Virus record (IMG/VR): IMGVR_UViG_3300031994_000053 | Span: 1-64,000 of that record | DNA length: 64,000 nt | Reading direction: 5' to 3' (one strand) | From: a virus | Taxonomy: Duplodnaviria; Caudoviricetes | Shown: positions 44,301-56,300 of the stretch, one piece after another | Layout: every line of letters starts with the position of its first letter | Numbering within the stretch: the first letter of the stretch is position 1 | Translations under genes and position numbers: made by a program | Notes under the pieces: model-generated | Told to the model about the DNA's origin: nothing | What the model saw: the letters and a program-made list of their open reading frames with translations, nothing else | Database searches by the model: none

Positions 44301-47300
44301 CGGTACGCGTCCACGACGTCCATCGCGGCGCGGTAGTCGATCCCGGCCTCCTCCTTCGTCCCGAACTTCGCGGCCCAGGCGTTCTGGAGGCTCTTCGAGT
44401 AGATGGCTTCCGCCAGGCCGGCGTAGGTCGCGTCCGCGGGGAGCTCGAGCCCGGTGCGCCGTGAGCGCGCGGAGCCCGGCTCGAACCCGCCGGCCGCGAT
44501 GAGGTCGATGAGAGGCTGCCCCGACACGCCGATGCCGTACAGATTGGACAGCATGTCAAGTCCGTTGATGACCTTGTCCGCCTGGAGGTCGCGGACGGGA
44601 ACGTCGGCGAACTCGGAGTCGACGACCGCCTTCATGCGCTCGTAGTCGCGGCTTGCGGCTCCCTGCCGGTCCGCCGCGCGGTCGCGGAGGGCGCGCTGCG
44701 CGTTGTACATGAACACGCCGGAGCCACGCCAGAACGGGAGCGCCGTGCCGAAATTGCTGAAGTACGCGCCGTCGCCGTGGGTGAGCCACGGGTGCGCCTT
44801 CGCAAACCTGACGGCCTTCGAGTAGACGGCCATCATGTCCTTGATTATGGCGTCCCGGTCGAGCATTTCCGGCTTGCGGCCGCCCTTGTCGGACGTGAGC
44901 TTGCGGTACGCCTCGCTTCCGAGGAACGCGTCGTTGATTTCATCGCACGGAATCGTGGCGGCCGCGGACGTGAACCGGGGGAGCCCGTCGACGTCGTAGC
45001 GGTAGTTGTCGCGACACATCCCCTCGACGAGGCCCCTCTCCCGCAACGCGGATATGACGAGCGCGTTGTAGCGAGCGGATGTCGGGCCACTGGCGCGGAC
45101 TAACTTGTCGCCATCGGCCTCGGCCATGGCCGCGATGGCGCTGGCCACGAACCTCCTGCGGTACGGTTCGAGGATTTCCGGGGGTATCTGGTCGTCCATG
45201 CGACGCAGGGCGAACGACAGCGCGTCGAGTTGCTCCGAGTTCGCCAGTCGCCTCGCTATCGCCTCGCGGGAGTAGAACGCGGGGTCACGGTTCATGCCGC
45301 CGTGGAACCGGATGTCGGCCACGCCAGTCACCACGCGGTCCTGGCGGGAGGCCCGGGCCGCGCACATCTTCTTGAAGATGTCGATGATCCGAAGGTCGGA
45401 TTCGGTCAGGACGATGTCGGCCAGCTGCCGGCGATAGTTGTCGAACTTGAGGTATTTCCCGCCGGCTGCCCACACAACCTGGCCGTCTTCGAGTGCGTGC
45501 GTCGCATCGTGCTCCAGCAGCTTCAGGATGCGCCCGCCGGCCTCGACATTGTCGCCGAAGAGGAAGGCGTGGAAGTTCTCGAGCCTCGCGATCTCGCCCT
45601 TGATGGCGTCGTACTCGTGCATCTCGGCCGATAGCATCTCGCCGATGTTGCCCTTTGCGCCGAACGACTTGCGGATGAGCGACCGTGACCACGCGGAGAC
45701 GTTTTCCGCGATGAAGCTGGACTGGTCGGAGTAGTCGACGAGCCCCGCGTCGCCAGCGAGGTTCGAGTCGCCAGCCGCCTGGGCCGCCAGCCACTCGGCC
45801 GCGGTGAGCCCGGCCGGGACGCCATGCCGCTCCCGCGCCGCCTTCTGGAACTCGAGGTCCTCGGGGGTCGCGGGCTCGGTGCCGGTCTCCCGGTAGAACT
45901 TCGCCATCGCGGCGACCTGGTAGGCCGCGGACACGCACGCCTTGAGGCCGCGCTGGAACTCGGGGTCGGAGACGAGGGCCCGGCGCCGGGCTATCACCGG
46001 CGCGTCGTCATCGTCGAGCAGCCGCGCCGTCGACACGTCGCCCCGCTCGTCGACCTCGTTCACCGGCACGAAGTCCGGCATCCGCCCGCGGGCGTCCGGC
46101 TTCCCGGCCCTCACGCCGGTCCACAGGGCGTGCATCACGCGGTCGATGGTCTCCGCCCCGTCCGTCTCGACGTACCGGGCGAGGCTTCCAGGGTCCTTCA
46201 CCATCGCGGCGAGCGCGTCCATCTGCTGCTTCTGGAACAGCAGCTCGGCGGCGAGCTCGCCCCCCGCCCCGTTCTCCATGGCGCGCTTCAGCCGTGTCCC
46301 CGCGGACGCCGCGGCCCGCGCCGCGACCTTCGACGGGGCAACCGGGTCGGAGGACGTTACCCAGGCGGAAACCTGGTACATGCTCGCGTGGCGGGCCTTC
46401 GGGTCGCGGCGGAAGTCACCGGTGATCTTGTCGTGGCGCGAGTTCGCGGGCTTGGCCTCGCCCGTCGCGGCGTCCACGTTGGTCCTCGTTATGAAGCTCG
46501 CCTCGAGCGAGTGGTACATCCGGAGCGCGGCCTGGAAGGCTATGCTGTCCCGGATGTCCTTGTCGTTCAGCTTGCCGAGGGCTTCGGGGTTCACGGTCGC
46601 GAGGGCGCGGCGCAGGCCGTTCATCACGATGACGCGGTCGCGGGCCACCTCGCGCGGGTCGGGCAGCGCGTACTTGCGCGTAACGTATTCGAGCCCGCGG
46701 CTCCAGCTGCCGTCGGTCTTGAGCCCGTGTTCCATTGATTCCCTGATCCACCGCGCCGTCGCGTAGAAGTCGTTGGAGACCGACAGCGGCAGCGTTCCGC
46801 GACGCACGTTCCCCGCCGCCGCGGAGGCATTGGCCGAGGGCGTGCCCGCCGGGTCGGCCGGCGTGGCCTCGAAGAAGTCCTCCGTGTCGGAGACGGGGGC
46901 GGCGTTCCGGTCGTCGGCCACGCTCCGGCGCGTCTCCGCGGACTCCGCGAGAAGGCGGCGGAACTCCGCGTCCGGGACGCGCTCCTCGCCTGTCAGCCTC
47001 CGCATGACGCGGAGGTCCGCGGCGCGCACCTTTTCGGCGGCCTCGGGGTTGGCCAGCGCGAACTTGTGCCAGCGCTTCGACCTGCCGAAGTCCGCTATCG
47101 TGTTGCCGAGGACAGGGGCCTCGACGTTCGCGGCGGCCGCGGCCTCGAGCTCCTCGGGGGTGCGGACAGTTTCCGACACGGCGGGCGCGAAGGCGTTGCT
47201 CAGGACCGACGCGATGGCGGTCTCGTCGCCCTCTTCGAGACGCGCGACGGAGTCGTACATGCCCGCTGCCTCGGCGATCGCGGCCTCGTCGTCCGGGTTC

Positions 47301-50300
47301 TCGCGGGCGCGCGCGGCCGCGGCCTCGGCGGCTTCGGTGCCCGCCGCGACGGCCGATGCGATGGCCTCCTCGTTCCGGGCCCGGCTTGTCTCCGCAATCC
47401 CGTGCACCACCATGTTGAATACGGTGTTGTCGGTGGCGAAGCCCTCGTCCCCGTAGTTGAAGCCATTCTTGAGGGAATCCCAAAAGCCCTTGAGGAAATC
47501 GAGGATGCGTTGGAACACCCCGCGGGTCTCCGCGCCGGCGACTCCGGCATCCCCCTCGACCCACTTGCGGAACGCCTCGGCCGCGGCTTCCTCGTTGAAG
47601 CCGTGGGCGCGGGACGGGTCCGTGCCGAACTGCTTGCGGAGCGCCTCGTAGTCAGCCTCCCCGAACAGCCCGATGGCCTCGAACATACGCATCATCGAGT
47701 GGAAGTACTCGTGGTACAGTTCGGTGCCCTTCGCCCCGGCAGGAAGCTGGATCGCGCCGACGAGCGTCTGCGCGCCCTTGCCGCTGAACGACCACTCGAC
47801 CTTGTGGGACGTGACACCGCCGATCGTCGCCTTGCGGGCGAGTTCCTTGCGGATCTCGAGCGGGAGGCGGGCGAAGTCGTCGGCCGTGAACGGCCGTTCC
47901 TTCGTGCCGAGGTTCACCGCCGCGCAGTACGAGGCCGCGAAGGCCCGCGAGTTTGCGAGGCGCTCCACGTCCTCCTCGGTCTCGGCGCGGAGGCCCTTGC
48001 CCGCGGTCTCGACCACGATGGAGACGCGGCGGCCGAGACCGGCGTTCCCGCGGAGCTTGCCGCGGATCGTGAACGCGGTGCCGCCGAGGTACTCCACGTT
48101 CGCCCAGGACGAGAGCAACCTGCCCATCGCCCTCGCGGCGTTGGCGGCTCGCTCGTCATATGCCCCCTTCGACAGGAGGGTCGGACGCGCCGGGGGTTCC
48201 GGCGCGGCGTTTGGCACATGTCCGACGTTGTACGCGTCGACGGCGTTCACCATGCGCTCGAACCGGTCGCCCGAGAACAGCTCGAGCGAATGGCGGAACG
48301 GGGCCTGGACCCTGCCACGGGGTTTTCCGGCGGGCGTCCGGGCCTCCGGCGCCATGTCGTTCGCGACGAGAATGGCGCGGGACTCCGGGCCCAGCGCGGC
48401 CTCGGACGCCGACAGCATCCGGTAGTACCGGTCCGGCAGGATGCCAAACAGGGACGGGGACGCGCCGGACGGCGTGCCGGTCACGCGGGACGTGACGAGC
48501 GAGTAGAACGGGAGGATCTGGCCGACCAGCATGGCCGGAGTCACCGCGTCTATGCCGTAGTTTTCCTTCAGCGCGCCGAGCGCCGCCTTGGCGTCTTCGG
48601 CCATTGCCTTCAGCTCTGCCGAGGCGTTGCCGGCTTCCTTGACGAGCGCGTCAACGTTATCCGCGGTAAGCGTGTAGCCTTTCGCCCGGGCGTATGACTT
48701 GGTGGTCGCGTTGGCCGCTTCCATGCCGTCGCCCTCGAATCCCACTGATACGCGACGTTCGCCCGCGTACGCCCGCCCCGCTATGACGTCGTCAAACATC
48801 GCGCGGACACGTTCGTTGGCCGCCGTGTCGTTCTCGCGGTACGTGGGGCCGATGCGAAGGAGCCCGTCGCCCATGCGGCCGTACGGGAAGTACTTGTGCG
48901 GCTTGCCGTCGGAGTCCTCGCCAAAGATGTAGTACGTCTGCTCGCCGTAGCCGGTGTCCCGGCGTGCGGAGATGTACGCGAACGCCTTGTTGCCGGCCGC
49001 GGAGTTGAATTCCTCCGAGGTCACGATGGACCGGTACATCATGCCGAACATGGCCTCGACGCCGCGGCGGAACGCCAGCACGGTGGGTGCAGGGGCCACG
49101 TCCTTGGTGGAGATTTTATCCGCGCGCTTTTCATATATGGCCGCCGATTGGAGATAAGCCTGTTTTTCTTCTCCTTGGGCCGATTCTGCGGATACGCGCT
49201 TATTAACCGCGGCCCTGCGGAGTTTCGCGGCTTCATCCGCCGCGACCGCGCGCCGGGAAACCTCGCCAGCCATCTCGCGCATCGCCGCGTACATTTGGCG
49301 ACCGTCCTTGAACACAGAGCCCGCCACGGGAAACGCGGCGAGGCTCGAGAGGAGTCCGTGCACGTACGGGAGCTGCTCCGCGTTGGACTCGATGTGCATC
49401 GCGTCCCAGGACTTGAGCCGGTCGGACTCGGAGACCAGAGGCTCCTTGGGGTCGGTTCCGTCGCGGTACGCGGTCATCGCGCCTGCCATGACGGTCTGGA
49501 GGCCTTCGCCCAGGGAGTATGCCATCCGCGTCGCCGCGTGCATTCTGCTCAAGGTCCCGGCCAGAGGTCCGAGTCCCGGGATTTCAACAGCCTTGGCGAC
49601 GTCAAAGGTCGCCTTACCATCTTCCGACGTAAACGCCTCGCGGACCGAATCGCCAAGCGCCGTGGCGTTGGGCGAGCCCGGGTCGGCCGTCAGGTAGTTG
49701 ATCGCCTGGCCGAACGACCGTGCGTCGTCAAGTTCGCACTTCATGCCGAACCACCGGGCGAACGCGGGGGCGGACGATTCGTGACCCGATGCCAGCCATG
49801 CGACATACCCGAACACGGGGTTGTGCCCGCCATCCTTTGCGAGCTCCGTTATCAGCTTCCGCCGTTCGGCCCGTTTAAGCCCGCTGTTCATGACAGTGCG
49901 GAACCACGCGGGGGTCGCGCTCCCGAGTTGCAAAGACCCCGACTCCCATGTAAGGTCCAGGGCCTTCTCCAGCCAAGCCTTTGTAATGTTGTTCGGATCC
50001 GCAGAGTCGCCGGCCACGGCCTTCGCCATGTCTGCGAATTTCGGTCCATTGGCGGCGCCACGGCGTGTGGCGGCCAACGCCCAGAGGAACCGGCCGCCAT
50101 TCTTGATGTCCTTGATGTACGCGCCGAGCACGTCGGCAAACGCCTGGTCCGTCACGGGCAGCCCGGAGTCCCCGGCCGCCACATAATTGAGGAGGTTCGC
50201 GTAGACACTTTCAAGCATCTCCCGCGTCCAGCCCAGACGGCCGCACAGCTGTTCCTTCACGTCGTCGAACGTCGCATTGGATATGCCGTCGAGATGGTAG

Positions 50301-53300
50301 GCGAACTTCCACCAGTTTTCGGACAGGCCCGCGTTGTTCCGGAACATCCGGGGGAATGCGTCGCTCGCCAGCCAGGCGAGATGGAGGTTACGGGCCAGCG
50401 CCACGGCGATGCCACGCGCGTCGCCGGCGTCCTTTGCGGAAGTCGACACTTCGGCGGCGACCTTCGGGTCCCCGAGGTCCCGTTTATCTTCATTGCTTAG
50501 CGTGGGCGGCAGCATATCGTGGCGCAGTTCCTCCGCGGCCGCTCCACTGACCGGGAACGCCTTGGTCGGTGCCGACACGAGCCCGTCAGGCGCCAGGAAC
50601 GTCTCGCGAGGCACTCCGGAATTTTCGGAACTGAACCGGTCGACCAGCTGGAGCTTGTTCCCCTCCTGGTCCACGGCCGCGTGCACCGGCATGTGGCGCG
50701 CCATCTCGAACAGCGCCTTGACGAACGTATTGGAAACCCGGCGCCTCGCGTCCTCGGAAATTTTGTAATAAACGTCCTCTCCGGCCTCTGTCGCCTCGTC
50801 GACCGGCTTCTCCGTGTCGGACTCGGGGTCGTACCGCCAGGCTTCCAGGAACTTGCGCGTCTTCTTGTCCGCCCGGAACGTCGCGGCTTCTGTCAGAAGC
50901 GCCCGGACGCCGTCGGGGTTGTTTTCAATTTTGTCGGGGTCCCCTTGATACTGCGGTATCTCAGCCTCCGGCAGCTGGCCGGTCCAACTTTGGTAAAGCA
51001 AGTATGCCTTGGTCTTGTCACCGTCGTGGTCGCAGCCGAGAAGCTGGTTGGTGAACGGGTCGGGCTGGACCATCGCGTCGGCGCCGACGCGCCAGCCCAG
51101 GGTCTTCCCCTTCGTGTCCTTCTCCTCAATCTCCGTGGCGGGAAGCCCGGCGCGGACCACCTGGAGCCACATGGACCCGTTGTAGGACGGGGTGCGCGGC
51201 AAGCCGAACATGGTGCCACCGAGCACGATGTGCTTCTGCCCGGTCGCGTCGTTGAAGATCTGGTCCCGCGACTCGCACATGACGGCCGTGAGGTCGAACA
51301 CCTGTGCACCGGTACCCTTCGGGTCGTCACGGAACAGGTCGTCGAAACCGAAGTTGTCCGCCGCGCCCGGTATGTCGGATATGTACCGGCCGTGGTGGTC
51401 CTTGAAGCACTCCGCGATCCGCCGCCGGAGGGCCGACCTTTCACCCCTGTCCTTGGTCCCGCGCAGGTTCTCGAACACCCGGGCGATGCCGAGCGCGACC
51501 AGCTGGCCGGAGGTGAGCACGCCTTCGTGGTCTTTCGTGTAGTCTAGCAACGCACCCGAAATCTCGCTGTCGAAAGCCGTCCTGAACTTACCCTCGTCGA
51601 GGAACCAGGCGTACCGGAAGTTGCGCTGCGAGTAGTTGACGTTGCAGAGCGCGAAGTTGCGGTCCGCGCCGTAGAACCCCCGTTCCGACTTGCTGTACAG
51701 GCAGGAGCCGCGCATCACGTCGCGCTGCATCTGGCTGGCCGACATCGTGAACAGCTTCCCGTTGTCGTCCAGCGCCGCGCCGGACGACACGAGAGCCATG
51801 TCCACGCCGCCGAGCGGGAGGTTGGACGCCTGCCGTATCTCAGCCCACACCTGGCGGGCGAGCTCCTCGCGGGCAAACTGCCCGCCGGCCGACTCGCCAG
51901 CCTCGCGGAGCTCGTTGAAGTGGCGGGCGCGCCGGGTCACGGAGCGCACGTACTCCGGGTTGGAGTAGACCGCGTTGGCGAACACGCCCCAGTCGGCGAT
52001 GAGACCGAGGGCTTTCTGCGCAAGGCCCGGCGCGTTGTCGAGCGCGCCAAAGCGGGCGAGCGCCGTGGCCATCGTGGCCATGTCGACCTCGTAGTTGCGC
52101 GGGGACCGGCCCGGGACGTTCGGAAGCCTGGAGTTGTGGGACACGTTGGCCACGGGATACGCCATCGCGCCGTCCTCGCGGTACGAGAAGTCGAGCGCGG
52201 GGCCGGACAGGCCCGGAAGGTAGCGCAGTTCCGCGCCCGGCAGCAGCTCGGACAGCTTCATCGTCGATTCGCCGCGGACGTCGTCCTTCACGGCGATGTC
52301 GCCGAACATCGCATCCAGCTGGTCGCCGGACACGCCACCCCCGAACGCGGTCCGCAGGGCCTTGTCGAGCTCGTCGAACAGCACCTGCTTCCGCTCCCCG
52401 TCCTTGAGGTCGCCTTTACTGAACTTGCCGTCAACCGCCTTGTCGAACGCGAGGTCGTAGATGACCTTCATTAGGGTCCCGCCGTATTTGCGCTCCTGCC
52501 CGCCGACGATCGCCTTGACAGTGACCGTGATGGACTTGGACGACAGCGGGCCTATCTTGTAGGAATCCCTGTCGGTGAAGACGTCGGTGGACAGGTCGTC
52601 CGCGCCGCGGTACTTCGCGAGGTAGTCGTCGATGGCGCGGTCGGCGGAACCGGGCGCGAACTCGCCCGACCCGGAGGACGTGGCGACGGACAGGGATTTG
52701 CCGAAGAACAGGTCGCGGCCCTGCGTGGAGATGAGGTGGACCTTGAGCAGGGACGAGGATGGGTCCTGCGCGGTCTCCTTCAGGGCGCGCGCCGCATAGC
52801 CGCGCATGAACGTGGAGCCGAGGAGCGCCTCGTTGGGCTTCTTGGCGTAGCCGTTCTCGCCGCCGAAGCTGAAGTCCCCGTCGTAGAACCGGAAATTCTC
52901 GCCGACGTGGATGCGGTTCTCGCCCCATGTGCGGTTGCCATCCTGGCCCACGCGAGTGCCAACCATGCCGACGCCCGTGGCCTCAAGGGATGAGATCGCG
53001 GAGCGCTTGGCGTCCACGCCCATGAGGGCCATGCCGATCGCACGGTAGACGGCCTTTGACGCCTCTTCGTAGGAAGGTACGTGTTTTTTATCAGACGGTT
53101 GAGTCGCCGCCGGCGTTTCCTGGCGTAGCCGCTGGCGTGCCTCAGAAAGCGCTTTTGGGAACTCCGTGGCCCAAATGCCACGATCTTGCGTGTGGGTAAA
53201 TGTCGCAGACCCCGTGTCAAGCAAAGCTCGCTTCGCCTCCGGGTTCTGCCGGAACGACTCGAAAACCAAGTCGCGCATCAACTGCACATTGGTCCTGGTA

Positions 53301-56300
53301 TCTGCCTGTCGGAAGCTGCGAATCTTCTTGCCCGCCGCCCACCTCTGTCGGTAGGTTGTTTCATCGAACGACCCGCTTTTCAGTGTTTGATACGCGTGCT
53401 CGACGGAAACGTAATCATGCCCCTGGAAAGAGAATGGCCGACTCGCCAAATTGCTGAACTCGGCGTTTTCGCCCGTCCCATGCCAAACGTTTATCGGGCC
53501 CTTAGGCTGACTAACAGTTTGGGTCGGTTGCTGCGCAACTTGCTGTAGGGCCTCCACCGTCAAATCAACCTCGCGCGGTATCTGGAGCAGCGTGTTGGAC
53601 GAGTGGTCGCCAGAGAACAGCGGGACATAGTACGTCGTGCGCTTCTGATCACCGGCCATCGCCTCGTAGGAACGGCGGCAAGCCTCATACACTTCGTTCG
53701 GGCTGAAGCTGGCCGACAGGCACTTCGCGCAGATCGGGGTCCGCGCGGCATCCGGCCACGTGGCGTCCTGGCGGCACTCGGCTATGACCTCGTCAGTCAC
53801 GCCGGGGAAGAACCGGCGGCACGTCTCGGCGAACGTCGGGAGCGTGGTCCCGTCCGCGAGCTTCAGCGCGGTGGACTCGTCGGCGTAGAGCCAGCGCGAC
53901 ACGAGGGGCACGAGGTCCCGGGGCGCCACGGCTATCGAGGACGCCTTGGTCCCGCGCCGCTGGTCGATCTCGGCCGCCATGATGGTCGTGGGGAGGCTGT
54001 TCTGGAAAATGTCGAGGACGGAGAACACGGGGCTCTCCATCGCCACGCTGGACGACGCGCCGGCGACGCCCGCGGCCTGCGGGTTGCCGGTCGCGATGGC
54101 GGCCGTCATCACGGCGGATATGTCGGAACGCGACAAGTTCCCGGACATCCGGGACAGCGAGTCGAGCGCATAGGCTATCGTGTCGATGAACTCGACCGTC
54201 TGGGCCTTTGGCTGGTACTTTGTCTTGTCGGGGCGCTCGATTTCCGCCGGCACGGGCATTCCGTCCCGTATGCGCAACGCGGTCACGCCATTTGAATACC
54301 CGTGCGGGCGTAACGTAAGCGCCAAATTCTGCAACACCTCGGTCCGTACGCGGGCAAGCTGTGCGAACGCCATGTCGGAAGACAGCGCCGTGCAGAGCGG
54401 GGACTCGCGCCCGAACGCCTGCCCGATGATGCCGGACAGGACCCGCATGTTCTGCTTCACGGCGGCTATGAGCTGCGCGCGCGTCGCGTTGGCCGGTTGC
54501 TTGGGTGCCCAGCCGGCCGCGTCGTCGGCAGCCTTGAGCAACTGGTCCTTCAGTTCCCTTGCCTTGGCTGCGGGCCGCCCGTCGAGCTCGGCGAAGCTGT
54601 CGGCCACAAGGGACTCGGCGATGCGGCCGCCCCCGCGGGACTGTGCCTCGCGGATCACCATGCCGCCGCCCTCGTTCTCCTTGAGGGCTATCGGGGTCGC
54701 CGCGACGGAGTACGCCATGAGGCGGGCCAGGCGGAAACGCCCGTTCGGGCGCATCGAGGTCAGATAGGAAAGGAGGAACGCGCCCTTGCGGGACACGGGC
54801 CTGCCGTCCGTACCGTTCCCGAGGAGCGACCGGATGTACCCGTTGGCCTCCTCGCCGCCGAGCTTCAGGAGGTCCTCGCGGAGCAGGGCGTCGTGCTGCG
54901 GGAGCGACGCCCCCTCACGGTTGGCCCTCGGGTTGAGGATGCGGTACAGGAACTTCCCGGCGTCGCTGGGCGCCGCGTCGGCGCGCACCGACCCGCGGGC
55001 GAGGCGGACGAACCCTTGGAGGTTCGCGCCGGTTTCCGGGGACGCCTTCGCGGCGAGCGCGAGAAACGTGCGCATGGCGTCGGACGTGTACTCGTCGACC
55101 GCGACACGGTTGTAGTCGTCGGACGAAAGGCTCTCGTCGTCCTTCACGTCCTCGGCGAAGAACCACACGCCGGACGACGCGGCGTCGGACCAGTCCCCCC
55201 GGTTCCTCACGCGGTCGTCGTCCATGCGGGTGTACGCCGCCAGGACCTCGGCGCGGTCCGCGGCGTCCATGCCGGGGAACATCTTTCGGAGGACGCCGGC
55301 CACGCCGGCGCGATTCACGGGTTCGCCGCTCGCCAGAAGGGCGCGGACGGCGACCGCCGCGGCCGTGTCGGCCTCGCGGGGCTCGAGGTGTCGGCCGGCG
55401 GGGCCGACCTCCAGCCCGTGCATCACGGTGAAGCCGTCGAGGTTCGCCGCGTCGGGCGCCATCGCCGGGAGCTCGCGAGTCCCGCCGAACACCACGGTGG
55501 GGTCGTCTTCGAGCACGATGTCGTCGTTCGTCGTGTCGTCGTTCGAGTCGATGGCCGTCACGCTGCGCGGACTCCAGGTGGCTCCGGCGCGGCCGCCGAG
55601 GTCACTTGCGCGGACGACCCGCGCTCCCGTCTCGGCCTGGACCTTATCAAGATTTGTCGCAGCGTCCTTCGCGGCGTCATCGGCTGCCTGGTACTCGGCG
55701 CGTGCCCGGTTCACTTCTGCATTGAGGTCTTCAACAGATGCGCCGGACTCCGCGGCGGCTTCGGCCACGGCCTCCGTCCCCTCGACCCGTGCGGCGGCCG
55801 CGTCAAGTTTGGCCATCGCGTCAATCACATTCCTGCGGGCTTCGTTCCGTCTCTCCTCCGCGTCGACTTTTGCGTTTGCCGCCTCGGCCACGCGTTCCGC
55901 CGGTGTCTGGTCCACATTGTACAGCGCGCGCTTGATCTCGCCGAGCATCCCGCGGGCCGCCGTCTTCTGGGCCTCGGTGACGGTCGGGTCGGTCACCGCG
56001 TCCTCCATCAGCTTGGCCATGACCTTGGTGAACGCGCGCGGGACACTGCCCTCGCGGGTCATTTCGGCAGTCCTCTTGAGCACGCCGACGAGCCTGGACA
56101 TGAAGTTGAGGTGGGCTTCCGCGGCCTCCGCGGCCGTGGCCTTCGGGGTCTCGGCCTCCTTCGCCGCCTCCTTCAGCTCCTCGGTCTCCTTCGGGGACGC
56201 GGCCTCCCGCGACGCACCCTCGGACTTCAGCATCGATGTCATGCCCTGGAGCATCCGGTCGAGGAACTGGGAGTACGTCATCCCGGCGGGGAGCGACGCC

